Source: Octopus sinensis (taxonomy: Eukaryota). Taken from it: 64,000 bases of DNA. Each line of letters starts with the position of its first letter. Position 1 is the first letter of the stretch. The notes beneath the pieces are model-generated. The model was not told where the DNA came from, did not search any database, and saw only the letters and a list, made by a program, of their open reading frames with translations. Position numbers and translations under genes: made by a program. The stretch spans positions 60,202,001 through 60,266,000 of the forward strand of contig NC_043009.1 in NCBI RefSeq assembly GCF_006345805.1. The letters are read 5' to 3'. This document shows, piece by piece, positions 51,434-64,000 of this stretch.

Positions 51434-52081
51434 AAGGGTGAAATTAATCAATTAAGAAGTAATCAGTAATTTCACCAAGCAGAATTCGGCATGAAAAGAC
51501 CACGTTTAATGGTAAGCTAAGTAATACTTTATAAATAGGGTTCAGCAACGATTTGCTCACCACATACCGAAGTTTAGAAATTGCAGTCAAAAAAATCTAG
51601 CATTCTACTTTAAAAGGGACTCCAGAAAAACAAGGGATCCCCTTTTAAAGTAGAAGGAATAGCTAAGATTTTTTGACTGCTATTTCTAAACTTCGGTATG
51701 TGGTGGAGCAAATCGTTGGTGAACCCTATTTATAAAGTATATATATAATATATATAATATATAAATATACTTTATAAATAGGGTTCACCAACGATTTGCT
51801 CCCACATACCGAAGTTTAGAAATAGCAGTCAAAAAATCTTAGCTATTCCTTCTACTTTAAAAGGGGATCCCTTGTTTTTTCGGGAGTCCTTTTAAAGTAG
51901 AAGGAATAGCTAAGATTTTTTGACTGCAATTTCAAACTTCGGTATGTGGTGGAGCAAAGCAAATCGTTGCTGAACCCTATTTATAAAGTATTACTTAAGC
52001 TTACCATGAAATGGTCTTTTCATGCCGAATTCTGCTTGGTGAAATTACTGATTACTTCTTAATTGATTAATTTCACCTTTG

Positions 52082-52082
<1 letters not shown>
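51431..52082. repeat. nested palindrome (palindrome of palindromes) between (TA)n tracts
   Basis: Outer arms 51431-51741 and 51766-52082. Each arm contains its own ~100 bp inverted repeat around a ~20 bp spacer. Confidence 0.9.
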
Positions 52083-52126
<44 letters not shown>

Positions 52127-52242
52127 ATATATATATATATATATTCACTTTGGCATTGCGATACTAATGATCTGGTGTAGAACTCAATATACGTATGTTT
52201 CAAACCAAAATGTTAGATGAATATACAACGCTAAGGAAAAGA

Positions 52243-52620
52243 GATGATATAGGAAAAAGCAATGGTTATGTTATGAGCTTCATTAGCTCACAGCGGTTTC
52301 TGCTGTATGATGTTGTGAACTCGTAGTTGAGTGCCTGAATAACATCCTAAATCTTCATCGGAGCTTGGAATATGAAGTGTAACTTATTTGGGAAAAACAG
52401 AATTGCATTTCTGCAATATGCATGGAAGGCATTACCAGTGAGACAGTCATTGTGGATGTATATACATTTTCCTAAATAAAAGTACACTTCATATTCGAAG
52501 CTCCGATAAAGCTACAAGATGTTATTCAGACACTCTTCTACGAGTCCACTGCATCTTAGGGCTGAAACGGCTATAAGCTAATGAAGTTCTTGACATAACC
52601 ATTGTTTTTCTTGTGTCATG
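52243..52620. repeat. diverged fold-back, ~150 bp arms around a ~70 bp spacer
   Basis: 52243-52396 versus the reverse complement of 52467-52620, about three quarters identical. Confidence 0.75.
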
Positions 52621-52635
52621 ACTTTTTCTCATATA

Positions 52636-53909
52636 TCAGGTCATCCTATAAGTTGTCCGATTTTACCTTTTTTAAAATTAAATGAAATTTAAAAGTATTT
52701 TAGAATGTCTAATGGAATTAAAAATTATTTTTATGCATTTGTGTACATTTAAACTAATTAAATATTATTTTACAGAAAAATAGAATTAAAATCTCTTTGA
52801 TTAAAAGCCTTTCTAACATGGAAGTATCCAAAGAGTATTTGAGGCACATAATGCTTTATGAGTACAAAAACTCTGCAGCCGAAGTGACTCGAATCATACA
52901 CTCAGTTTATGGGAAAGAATGCTTGAATGAAAGAACTTGCAGAAGATAGTTTGCAAAATTCAGAAGTGGAGATTTCAGCTTTGAAGATGAAGATCGAATA
53001 GGACATCCAGTTGAGTTTGATGATAAGCTCCTTGAGGCATTACTTGAAGAAAACCCTGCATTATCAGTTGAAAAATGGCAATAAAGCTTAGTTCAAACCA
53101 TACAACTGTTCATCGTCATCTTCAACAACTTGGAAAGGTTCCAAAACTTGGAAAACGGGTGCCTCATAAATTGTCCGAAAGTAACTGCAAATCCGGAGTT
53201 GACATCTGCTCTTCTCTCCATTCTCGCGAACTAATTTCACCCTTTTTGGATAGACTTGTGACTTGATGAAAAATGGATTTTCTATCGAAATGTTAAATGT
53301 CGTAAGCAGTGGCTTGGTAAAAGGGAAAAAGCTCAACCACAACCGAGAAGGGAACTTCATGGAAAAAAGGTTCTTCTCTCTACTGTGTGGGATTGCAAAG
53401 AAGTAATTTACTTTGAATTGTTACCACCTAATGCAACAATCAAGGAGCAAGTCTGCTGTCAGTAATTAGAGCGTTTGAACCAAACTTTGAAGAAAAAAGA
53501 CCCGCTTTAGTGAATCGAAAAGGTTTGATGTTTTATCAGGACAATGCGCGACCCCATACTACAAAGATCACATTACAGAAGATTGAAGTGCTTGGTTGGA
53601 AAAAATTCCTCATCCACATATTCTCCCGATCTTGCTCCTTCAGACTAGCATTTGTTTCGTAGTTTACAGAATCATTTGGGAGACATAACTTTCGCAAGCC
53701 AGGAGGAGGTCGAAACTGACATTTCAGAGTTCTTCGCTTTGAAACCAAAAGAGTTTTACATTGATCGGATTAAAAAGCTTGTAAATAGATGGAAGGAGGT
53801 CATAGGTAATCAAGGGAACTACATTGATGATTAAATTTAAATTAAATATAACATTTGATCTCTTGTTTTCTTTATTCAAAATTCGGACAGAACTTATGGG
53901 ATGACATGA
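52636..53909 (+). mobile_element. full-length (1274 bp) mariner DNA transposon with a decayed DD34D-type transposase (ATG 52818, stop 53832-53834)
   Basis: TIR tca.gtcatcc.ataagtt..gtccga.tttt at both ends and TA TSD. Motifs RVPHKL, DEKW, QDNARPH and YSPDLAPSD-like are interrupted by stops and frameshifts. Confidence 0.92.
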
Positions 53910-53950
53910 TATATGATATATATAATATATATATATATATATATAATCAT

Positions 53951-54062
<112 letters not shown>

Positions 54063-54976
54063 GCATATATCTGAAGGGATGAATATAAATTGCCTACATT
54101 TGATCTTTGGCTTGGAAATAATTACTCCCATGTGAACATGCATCTGTGTGTCTGTGTCTGTGTATGTGTCTGTATATGTGCTTGTGTCTGTATGAGTGCG
54201 CATGTGTTGTACGTACGAACAGCTTCGTTCAGCTGACCCATTGGTCCCTCAAATACGTCAATGAACTGAAAAAGAATGAAAATACAGTGGCCGATTGTTA
54301 GCTCGCTATAGACCGTCGGTCGTCGTCTGCCATGCGTCAGAGATGTATCCTTACAAATTCCGAACAACAACAGAGACACTTGCCGGCAAATAGAAATTGA
54401 TAAATTACTTCGCTCGTTTTATTCAGGACCATGCTTGGATAACGAATAAAGTGGAGTTTCTCCGAAGAGCTGAATTTGAAGCACTTTGACCCGGTATTAA
54501 ATGCTTGCACTTTGTCTGACATTGCACATGAAATATTAACGATGACTTAATTTGTAAGTGCTGTGACGTTCTTCAGCAAATGTTAACAGTGTGTAAAAAG
54601 TGCTGTGCGAACTACTTTTGAAAGAATCTTCTCTTAGCCCTATATAGGTTCATGTAATGCTAGTTGAGACATTGGTACAGTATAAAATGTTTTTATTTCA
54701 GTACATTTTCCTATTTGGGAGCAAAATCTATATCTCAGTAACTGTATTTCGGACTTGTCTGCTTTACGATTGCTTTTAATATTTCTTTTTTTTTTATCGT
54801 GGTCTTTGGTACAGCCATTTCATTTCTTTCTAATTCGTAAATGTGTATAACTGACCGAAAGACTGTTCGATGGAAACTACAATTCGAATTATAATTAACA
54901 TGCAGAGAGAAGGGGAAGAAACAGAGATAGAGAGTGAGAGAGACAGACAAACAAACAGACTGACAGACATTGTATC

Positions 54977-55048
<72 letters not shown>

Positions 55049-55229
55049 TACTCTTTTGAACCTTTGCCATATGTGTGTGCATGTGTGTGTATGTGTGTGT
55101 GAATATATATATATGTATATATATACACACACGCATACATGTATATATATATTTATATATATATATATATACATATATACATATATATATGTATATTTAT
55201 GTTGTGTGTGTATGTGTATATGTGTATAC

Positions 55230-55279
<50 letters not shown>

Positions 55280-55592
55280 TTTCATTTATTCAAACTCATC
55301 GTAAATAACAAATTTACTGGCGTAATGATTATTAAAACTTTGCCTGGCTGTTTGAGAGCAATGCTCCAGTAACTTCACAAAATGGACAAACAATCTGAAA
55401 AAGAAAAGGAATAGAAAAAAATGCATTTATATTTTGAGCGTTGATCATGTTTAGTTTAAATAATGTCTACGATTTTTCAGTGGATATGGTTATTGACCAG
55501 CATATGGTTATTGACCAGCATATGGTTATTGGAGGAGAATATCTTAATTCAAAATTAGTCGTTGTTGTTTCGTTAATGGTTGAGGTTGTTGT

Positions 55593-55981
55593 TTGTTTGT
55601 TTGTTTGATTGTTGGGCGAAGCGATCTTCGTCCAAGTGCTCGCAGTGGGAGAAGTCCGAACCGTGGTCCTTTGCTATTCGTAAAACCCGCAGAAGAGAAA
55701 ACAGGTCAACCCCCCGACACGGAGAGCATCGACGGATGGATGAATGCGCATCCAGGCTCAGCGGTTGTGTAGGAAGTTGGGGACAAGAAACAGGAAGAAA
55801 GAGTGAGAGAAAGTTGGAGCGAAATAGTAAAACAAGGGCCGCCACCACCCCCTGCCAGAGCCTCGTGGAGCTTTAGGTGTTTTCGCTCAATAAACACATA
55901 CAACGCCCGGTCTGGGAATCGAAACCACGATCCTCCGACCACGAGTCCACTGCCCTAACCACTGGGCCATTGCGCTCCCAC
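55593..55981 (-). mobile_element. SINE family E1, full length with tRNA head
   Basis: Minus strand has A box tggcccagtgg and B box gtttcgattcc. 12 bp TSD tgaggttgttgt at 55581-55592 and 55982-55993. Confidence 0.9.
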
Positions 55982-55985
55982 TGAG

Positions 55986-56017
<32 letters not shown>

Positions 56018-56619
56018 GGCTTTTGATGTGGTTGTTGTTTCAGTTGCACTCGTCGCCATTTTGTTATTGCATAATTTCAGTCAAAACCTGATCCAACATA
56101 ATTATGATCACACGTTTATTAATTATGACTAGCTTCTCTTTTACGCGACTCAAACGTATCTATGTACCACGCTATCCGAATCTTTCTTCCTTTACGTCGT
56201 CCAGCAACAGATTAGTTCTGACTGAGCAGACTCGTGATCAAAGTTGTTCCATGCATAACCATACTTTCATTAATCGAAAATTAGTTTACCTAGGAGTACA
56301 TTATCCAGTGTGCACTTTCTTAATGTTTTCCGCTTTGCTTTGTTTTTGCTTTTGTGTTTTCTGTTTGTTTTTGTTTTTTTTAGCTCTGGATAACGTAAAG
56401 AGCTGACAAAAACGATTGTCAGACGCGCTAACGATTCTGCTAGGTCACCGCCTTCAATGATTTTAAATTTTTGCACAAGGCCAGGAATTTTAGGAAGAGG
56501 GGAAATCGATTATGTTGGTCCTTGTGCTCACCTGATGCTTGTTTTATCGATCCCGAAGGAATGAAGGGCACTGGTCCCTCTTGAAGAGTTGTGGTCGTGT
56601 GGTAAGAAGCTTGCTTCCC

Positions 56620-57018
56620 AAGGCGGCGAGCTGGCAGAAACGTTAGCACGCCGGGCGAAATGCTGAACGGTATTTCGTCTGCCGTTACGTTCTGAGTTCA
56701 AATTTGCCTTTCATCCTTTCGGGGTCGATTAAATAAGTTCCAGTTACGCACTGTGGTCGATATAATTGACTTAATCCGTTTGTCTGTCCTTGTTTGTCCC
56801 TTCTGCGTTTAGCCCTTTGTGGGTAGTAAAGAAATAGGTATTTCATCTGCCGCAGCATTCTGAGTTCAAATTCCGCCGAGGTCGACTTTGCCTTTCATCC
56901 TTTCGGGGTCGATAAATTAAGTACCAGTTACGCACTAGGGTCGATGTAATTGACTTAATCCCTTTGTCTGTCCTTGTTTGTCTCCTCTATGTTTAGCCCC
57001 TTGTGGGCAATAAATAAA
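56620..57018 (+). mobile_element. dimeric SINE family A inserted into the head of a family C SINE
   Basis: Internal junction gaaataggtatttc at ~56831. Imperfect 17 bp TSD taagaa.ct.gcttccc at 56603-56619 and 57019-57035. Family C resumes at 57036. Confidence 0.85.
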
Positions 57019-57139
57019 TAAGAAACTCGCTTCCCGACCAGATGGTTTGGGGTTCAGTCTCACTGCGTGGCACTTTAGGCAACTGTCTTCTGCTATAGCC
57101 TCGGACTGACCAAAGCCTTGTGTGTGGTGTGTGTGTGTG

Positions 57140-57190
<51 letters not shown>

Positions 57191-57671
57191 TGTGTGTGTG
57201 TGTGTGTATAACATATACTTATGGCATTTTTTTCGACACTCTGTCTCTTTGTGTTCTGAGTTCAAATCCATTATATATCGGCGAGACCATTTAAGATATC
57301 ATACGCGCGCGGTCCACCCTTGTATGAGTCTGTGCTTAAGTTTACAGTCTAAAATCTCGTGTAGATGATGTGTAAATTCAGGTTCCGTAAACCAGTGGTT
57401 CAGCAAATAGCTACCGATAAAATTCATATCAAACTAAAAATATGCACTGAAGTCGATACGGCCCAGCATGACCGCAATCACACAGCTGATGCCCAGCAAA
57501 AGAATAAAGATTAAAGAATAAAAGAATAGTACTTTGTCGATTCAATCAACCATATTTTCTACTTCCATTGTCAAGTACTGGCTTTTGGCTTCACTCAAAA
57601 CGAAATTTATATTTGTGTGTGTATTGGTGTGTTGGTGTGTGTGTGTGTATATTTGTGTGTTTGTATGTATG

Positions 57672-57704
<33 letters not shown>

Positions 57705-58799
57705 GTGCTTGTATGTCTATGCTTGTATGTATATGAATGTAAATCATGAATATGCCCATACGTATAACCGTCTTTCTATAATGTGTGTTCACCTGTAATT
57801 GTGTGGGAGAGATTGCCTGCATGTATACGTATGCGTGTCTCAGTGAGTCTGTTTATGCTTGTGTATACCTGTATATGTCTGGGGTGCAGAGGTCTGTGCT
57901 TGTGTCTAAACACATTCTTCTAGCGTTGAACGCTGTTTAGTAGAGAGAAATAATTATTCCCCGATAATTATATATTTCTTCAAAATAATTTCCGCTCTAT
58001 TCTACTCCAATCCCAATATAACATCACATCAACAACAACATTCACAATAATTTCATCAACAACAACAACGATAACAATAACAACAGCAACATTAATAAAA
58101 AAAAAAGTATATAGCAAAAGAAATAACAAGAAAAAAGTATTCTAAAACAGTAACGAAAAAAAGTATCTAAAACAGCAACAAAAAAAAGCATTCTAAAACA
58201 GCAATGCCAGAATTTTAATAGTAGAGCGCATGTATATTTAGATATTAATCTCATAGCATCATTAAAGTATATTGATTAGAAGCGGTTTTGATAGAGAAAT
58301 AAGAATACAAGGGTAATCGATTTATACATAAAACCTGGTCAAATGTGAATTCCAAAACATTCCGGCAAAACAGAAAATCAATTATATGTACAAATGATAG
58401 AGCCACAGTTTCGTATTTTCGTAGCCAATTTGTGTGTGTGCGTGTGTGTTTATGGGGGGTGTATATCATTTGTTTATTTTATCTTGCAATTAGGGTACAA
58501 GAAAGTCTTTGTTGTAGGATTCTACACCGCACTTAGAACCAACTCTGAGTTGGAACTACAGTTTAAATTTGATTTGATACTTACGTATATACAGTATCCC
58601 GCCAACACTTGATGCCTTCATTGGTGTTTTACCTTACTGAAAATCCTAAATTATTGTACCTAGCCATTTCTTGCGTCCAGCGTGTTCCTGTGCCTGGATT
58701 CTATTAAATTGTATTACTAATTTATATGCATACATACATATTTACATATGTGTTGTGTGTGTGCGTCTATGCGCGCGCGTGTAAAAATGCAAACAGGGA

Positions 58800-59090
58800 A
58801 TAAAGTTTACGACAGCTGTTTCGATAAAATTTCATTGATGTATTCTTAGCTTACATCATAACATACAAACCTCTGTCTTCAGGTAAAATTTTAAACAAGT
58901 ATCAAACAGGTGAGGTGATACCTTGACATGATGAATCCAACCAACATTGTTTGGATTCTTCATCATCAAAGTATTATCACACCTATTTGATACCTGTTTA
59001 AAATTTTACTTGAAGAAGGTAGATTATGTGCTATGATGTAATCTATAAATAAATCAGTGAAATCCTGTTGAAACAGCCGTCGAAAATATT
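58800..59090. repeat. ~290 bp imperfect hairpin (fold-back element)
   Basis: tttacgacagctgtttcgataaaatttcattgat versus atcagtgaaatcctgttgaaacagccgtcgaaaa; the centre is atgatgaatcca...tggattcttcatcat. Confidence 0.8.
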
Positions 59091-59374
59091 AAACACACTG
59101 TGTTCTTTCTCTTATGCCTACGACACACCGAGAACCAACTTTGAGTCGGGTCTACGATTTAAATTGAATATGGCTCTTACATATCTACAATATCCTACCA
59201 ACACATAATATCTTCTGGCGTCCTACGCGTTGATGTGCCTAGATTCTAATGAATCCTGTAACTAATCAATAAGTGTGTGCGTGCATGTATGTGAGTGTGT
59301 GTTGTGTGTGTGTGTGTGTGTGTGTGTCCCAAAATATATTCGAAAAAGATTTAAAAAAAAACAAACACCTGTGT

Positions 59375-59615
59375 TGTACTCTACTCTTTTACTCTTTTAC
59401 TTGTTTCAGTCATTTGACTGTGGCCATGCTGGAGCATCGCCTTTAGTCGAGCAAATCGACCCCAGGACTTATTCTTTGTAAGCCTAGTACTTATTCTATC
59501 GGTTCTCTTTTGCCGAACCGCTAAGTTACGGGGACGTAAACACACCAGCATCGGTTATCAAGCAATGTTGGGTGGGGGGACAAACACAGACGCACAAACA
59601 TATACACACACTTAC

Positions 59616-59649
<34 letters not shown>

Positions 59650-59750
59650 GACGGGCCTCTTTCAGTTTCCGTCTACCGAATCCACTCACAAGGCTTTGGT
59701 CGGCCCGAGGCTATAGTAGAAGACATTTGCCCAAGGTGTCACGCAGTAGG
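59375..59750 (-). mobile_element. SINE family C, 5'-truncated
   Basis: Reverse-complement match; stops within the head. Confidence 0.88.
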
Positions 59751-60921
59751 ATGAAATTTCAAAAAATTACTTTTGAGGCAAAAATCGTTATTTCTGTTTT
59801 TGAAAGCATCCTAAGGTTCTGAGGAAATTGCGGAAAAAAACAACAAATATAACAAATAGGAATGGATTGTGTATTCAATACACCCTTCCCAATTTCCTTC
59901 ACTTTTTAACAGTAGTCATTAATATCCGATACAGCTGTTGTTTACTCGAATCTAGCTGTATACTACAAGTGTCTGTGTGTGTGGGTGTGTGTGTGTGTTG
60001 TGTGTGTGTTGTGTGTGTGTGTGTGTATGTGTGTGTGTGTGTGGGGGGGGGTGCTTGCTGTTTCAGTAATCACTCTCAAATCTGTTCAGACTTTGTCCTA
60101 TAAGTTATTTCAACCGTATCAGTTTCAACGTGCTTTTTGATATATTTTAAGAATGCTTCATTAGACTAATTTATCTAAAATAACAGAGTTGACTTAAATG
60201 CGAACTTAGGCCTTACTTCTTTATTACTGATTTGATTATTTTTGCCCCATTAGTATGTATTTTTGTTTGTTTGTTGTTTTTTTTGGTTTTTTTTTTCTTG
60301 CTGCACCAATTACAATACGGTTTACAGAGTTAGAGTTCTCCCATTGAGATCTTTTAAGAATGCTCAACGATACTGTCTTCTTAAATTACGAAGATGTGAG
60401 TATTAAAAAACAATATTGATTGTTACTCTCTTTCCGATATGACGATACGCTTTCTTTTCCTTTTTTTTTTTCTGCTTCACCAATTTTGACGGGGTTTACC
60501 GAATTAGATTTCTCTTATTACGAACAAGTTTGAAATAGTCATGTATCTGGAGAAGAATGTGGTGGTAAAACTGTTTTTTAGTTGATAATCATCGTGTACT
60601 GGAGTTGTTGAAAAGAATTAAGTAGCCATTTTTTTCTTTCAGGCAAGAGGTAAGAACATTGCCTACGACCCTTTACAGGGCTTTCGGGACAAGTGGAATC
60701 GAGAGAAGTTATCCTCGAAACCGGGATAGATTCACCCAAAGGTATCCAACAACAGTATGGTGATGTCAAACCAAGTGATTGATTAAGTTTACTACCCAAA
60801 GTAGCTGTGCTGGGATTCGAACTCAGAAATCTAAGAACCGAAACAAATACCGCATGGCATCACGTCGCAAGGCTCAAACATTTCTGCTAGTCCTCTTCCC
60901 TAGAGTAGTACATTATTTATC

Positions 60922-61135
60922 TATTTCTATTTCTTTACTACCCACAAGGGGCTAAACACAGATAGGACAAACAAGGACAGACAAACGGACTAAGTCGATT
61001 ATTTAATCGACCCCGAAATGATGAAAGACAAAGTCGACCTCGGCGGAATTTGAACTCAGAACGTAGCGGCAGACGAAATACTGCTAAGCATTTCGCCCGG
61101 CGTGCTAACGTTTCTACCAGCTCGCCGCCTTGTAT
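60922..61135 (-). mobile_element. SINE family A
   Basis: 13 bp TSD tacattatttatc at 60909-60921 and 61136-61148. Confidence 0.92.
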
Positions 61136-61759
61136 TACATTATTTATCAACTCTGGAAGAATGAGGGTAAAGTTGACCACGACGGAATTTGAACACAGAA
61201 TGCAAGGGGCCCGAATATATACTGCAATGTTTTGTGGGGGTTTTTTGTTGTTGTTGTTGTTTCAGCTTCTAACGACTCTGCCGATTTGCCGTCAAGATTT
61301 CCTCTGAAAAATGTCATGTTTGTATTAATGGATATTTGTGAAATATCATTTCCTGGAGGCAATACAAGAAACATAACTAGTGTGTAGGTTGATAATGCTG
61401 TTCGAGTAAAGTTAAAGAGAGAAATGTGGTATTATCAGCATAGAACTGAATAGAGTTCTGTGTGGCAGCATGTGGATCGTCCTTGTGTAGAAAGAGCATA
61501 GGAGATATAACTGAAGCCAAATGTACATCAAAGACGACTGAGTGTGAGATGAAAGACAGCTATGTGCACTGCTGTGACGTAATCTCACGGGAAATTTCAA
61601 AGGATGAGAGATGTGTGGTGGCGTAGACACACTAAGCAGATAACATAGCTGTTATTTTCTCACACCAGGCGCAATCGAATAAGTCGTTGATATATCAAGA
61701 GCAACAACATTGCTCTCGACAAAATTCTCAAAATTAAGCGATCTTCGATATATGACATA

Positions 61760-62274
61760 CCGTAAATCCTCGACTATAGTCCGTTTTGAGTATAATACGC
61801 ATGAGATTTTTAAAGGGCTATACCTCTGAAAAACCTAAACCATGTGTATAATATGCACCCTTTCTCTAACTTGAGTCAAGGAGGTCTATATAACGTCCTT
61901 GGTTTGTAAAAACATATACGGTAACGTCCTTTATTATTATTGTATACATAACATCATGCAAACGTGTAGCTTTTTTGTGCATTTTGTTTGCAGAAAATAA
62001 AGAAATAACAGTAATAATGTTTAATAAATGTTGCTTACTGCAAGTTATGGATGATTCTTTTATGACTTCATTGCTTTCAGGCTTAGCTTAAGGTATTTTC
62101 GCTCCCGACATCACAAAATGCATCTGAATAAACATAGCCGGACAGCAAATAGAGACTCGGACATTGCTAAAAAAATATTTTTCATTTTTAACCTTGAATA
62201 TAGTATGCACTAGGGATTTTGAACTTTAAATTGGGGGGGGGGCGGAAATGCGGATTATACTCGAGGATTTACGG
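61760..62274. mobile_element. non-autonomous pogo/Tc2-type (Tc1-mariner superfamily) element, 515 bp
   Basis: 24 bp TIR ccgtaaatcctcga.tata.tccg (22/24 match), TA TSD at 61758 and 62275, no transposase ORF. Confidence 0.85.
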
Positions 62275-62974
62275 TATATAGGAAGTCAGTAAGGTGTGAC
62301 AGAGACATAAGTTGCCCGTAGACCTAGCTCTACGGAAACCGTGCTATTGGTCACTGAGAAGAGTAGAAAAATGAATCACATGGTAAAAAAGGAACTTTCT
62401 TACGACTGTTTCTGCCACCGTTCCACTGTCAAAAGTCAGGACGGTAGGGCTGTTGTTATCAGGGGCGGTTTTGTCCTTTACATTCTGAGTTCAAATCACA
62501 CTGGAGTCTACTATGCTCTTCAACCCTCTGATATCAATAAATCACGTACCAGTAATGTCACCGGCGATCGATTCACTATACTTAATACTTAATACTCACT
62601 GCAAGCTTATTTCTCTTACTTGTTCCAATATGACAAATGTAACAAATTGATATTAAGTATTGCCATGTGATGTCGAGTGAACGCAAAGCATCTCTCCACC
62701 ATAATTTTTTTTTCTCTTTCTCTTTCCCCTTCCCTCTCTTCCACATATCTCCCCCTTTCGCTCTATTCTCTCTCTCTCATTCTCTCTCTCTCTCCCTCCC
62801 TCTCTCTCTCTATCTCTCTCTTTCAGACAACTTTCATAAACAAACACTCAGCATGTGGTAATGAAATTATTCTTTGGCGGACGAAAATCGTTTTGACTGT
62901 TTAATTAAGCGAATAGTCAAAATAAATGGAACCGGTGTGCCGTACTGACTTCTGTAATTTTATTAAACATACGT

Positions 62975-62977
62975 ACA

Positions 62978-63011
<34 letters not shown>

Positions 63012-63200
63012 TGTATATATGTATTCATTCATACATATATATATATGTGTGTGTGTGTGCATGTATATATGTATTCATTCATACATATATATGTGTGTGT
63101 GTGTGTGTGTGCATGTATATATGTATTCATTCATACATATATATGTGTGTGTGTGTGTGTGTGTGCATGTATATATGTATTCATTCATACATGTATATAT

Positions 63201-63205
<5 letters not shown>
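62975..63205. repeat. ~52 bp minisatellite (gtgtgtgcatgtatatatgtattcattcatacatatatat), about 4 units
   Basis: Read directly. Confidence 0.85.
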
Positions 63206-63251
<46 letters not shown>

Positions 63252-63751
63252 ATGTATGTATGTATGTATATATATATATATAAATATGTCTGTGTGTATG
63301 AATATATATATATATTTATATGTGTGTACACATGTATATGCATAAAAATATACACACATATATATATAGATACATACACACATGCACATATACACGGGTA
63401 CACATGGAACAATATATAAACACTCTTTCTCATTACACAGCAATATACGCACTGGCTTATTTTCCCTGGCTAAAGTAAATTCCAAAATGTGAGTGCATCA
63501 GCATGAACGTCGGAGAGAGGGGAGAGGAAAGACAGAGAGATAGACAGAGAGAGGGGAGACAGACAGAAAGAAAGGAAAGAAAGAGGGAGAGAGATAGAGA
63601 GAGGGGGGAAAGAGAAAGAGAAGGCGAGAAAGAGAGAGGAACATTGGTAGACAAAACATGATAAAATGCGAAGGGAAATACCAGATTGCAAAATAAGACT
63701 CCATAACTGTCGACGTCAGAGAAGGTGGGAAAGTGTTACTGAAAGAGATGA

Positions 63752-63785
<34 letters not shown>

Positions 63786-64000
63786 TCGCAGAAAGAGGGA
63801 AAGTGAGAGAAGCAGAGAGAGAGAGAGACCGGAGAAGAAGACGCTTCTAGATGCAATGTTATATATCAAGCAAAATGCGACGAAGAAAATTACGGAAAAT
63901 TACGAAAATTGCCAAGACTCAAGAACGAAAAGGATACACTCACACACACACACGCACGCACAAACATGCACACACTCACACACACATGCACGCACACAGA

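Noticed and set aside
61400-61560. Old RTE-like fragment (LREKCGIISI...)
   Set aside because: Similarity is too degraded to support by eye, so it was left out of the features.

Overview
This window is AT-rich, repeat-saturated eukaryotic DNA. The tRNA-derived SINE families and the extreme microsatellite load point to an octopus (coleoid cephalopod) genome; this is inferred from repeat content, not from a search. I found no supportable host gene exon, and nearly all long ORFs in the track are translations of simple repeats. Recognisable content: more than 20 tRNA-head SINE copies in about 5 families, several with clean TSDs. There are also non-autonomous Helitrons (TC...hairpin-CTAG), a full-length decayed mariner and an internally deleted mariner, and a pogo/Tc2-type MITE. 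Non-LTR pieces include three loci of R4/Dong-clade (restriction-like endonuclease) elements and an RTE 3' end. The most interesting signals are: (1) minimal type I hammerhead-ribozyme-like motifs in (TA)n-embedded, often fold-back elements, one with a U3-A8 covarying core; (2) a ~530 bp array of ~21 degenerate TTCCTGGAAAATTCC units that superimposes STAT, Rel/NFAT and HSF-like sites; (3) a (TAA)n landing pad stacked with Dong-like ends plus a 555 bp ORF-less element; (4) a TSD-flanked SINE tetramer; (5) a palindrome of palindromes that may be real or an assembly artefact. Coordinates were read by eye and may be off by a few bases where no TSD or TIR fixes them.
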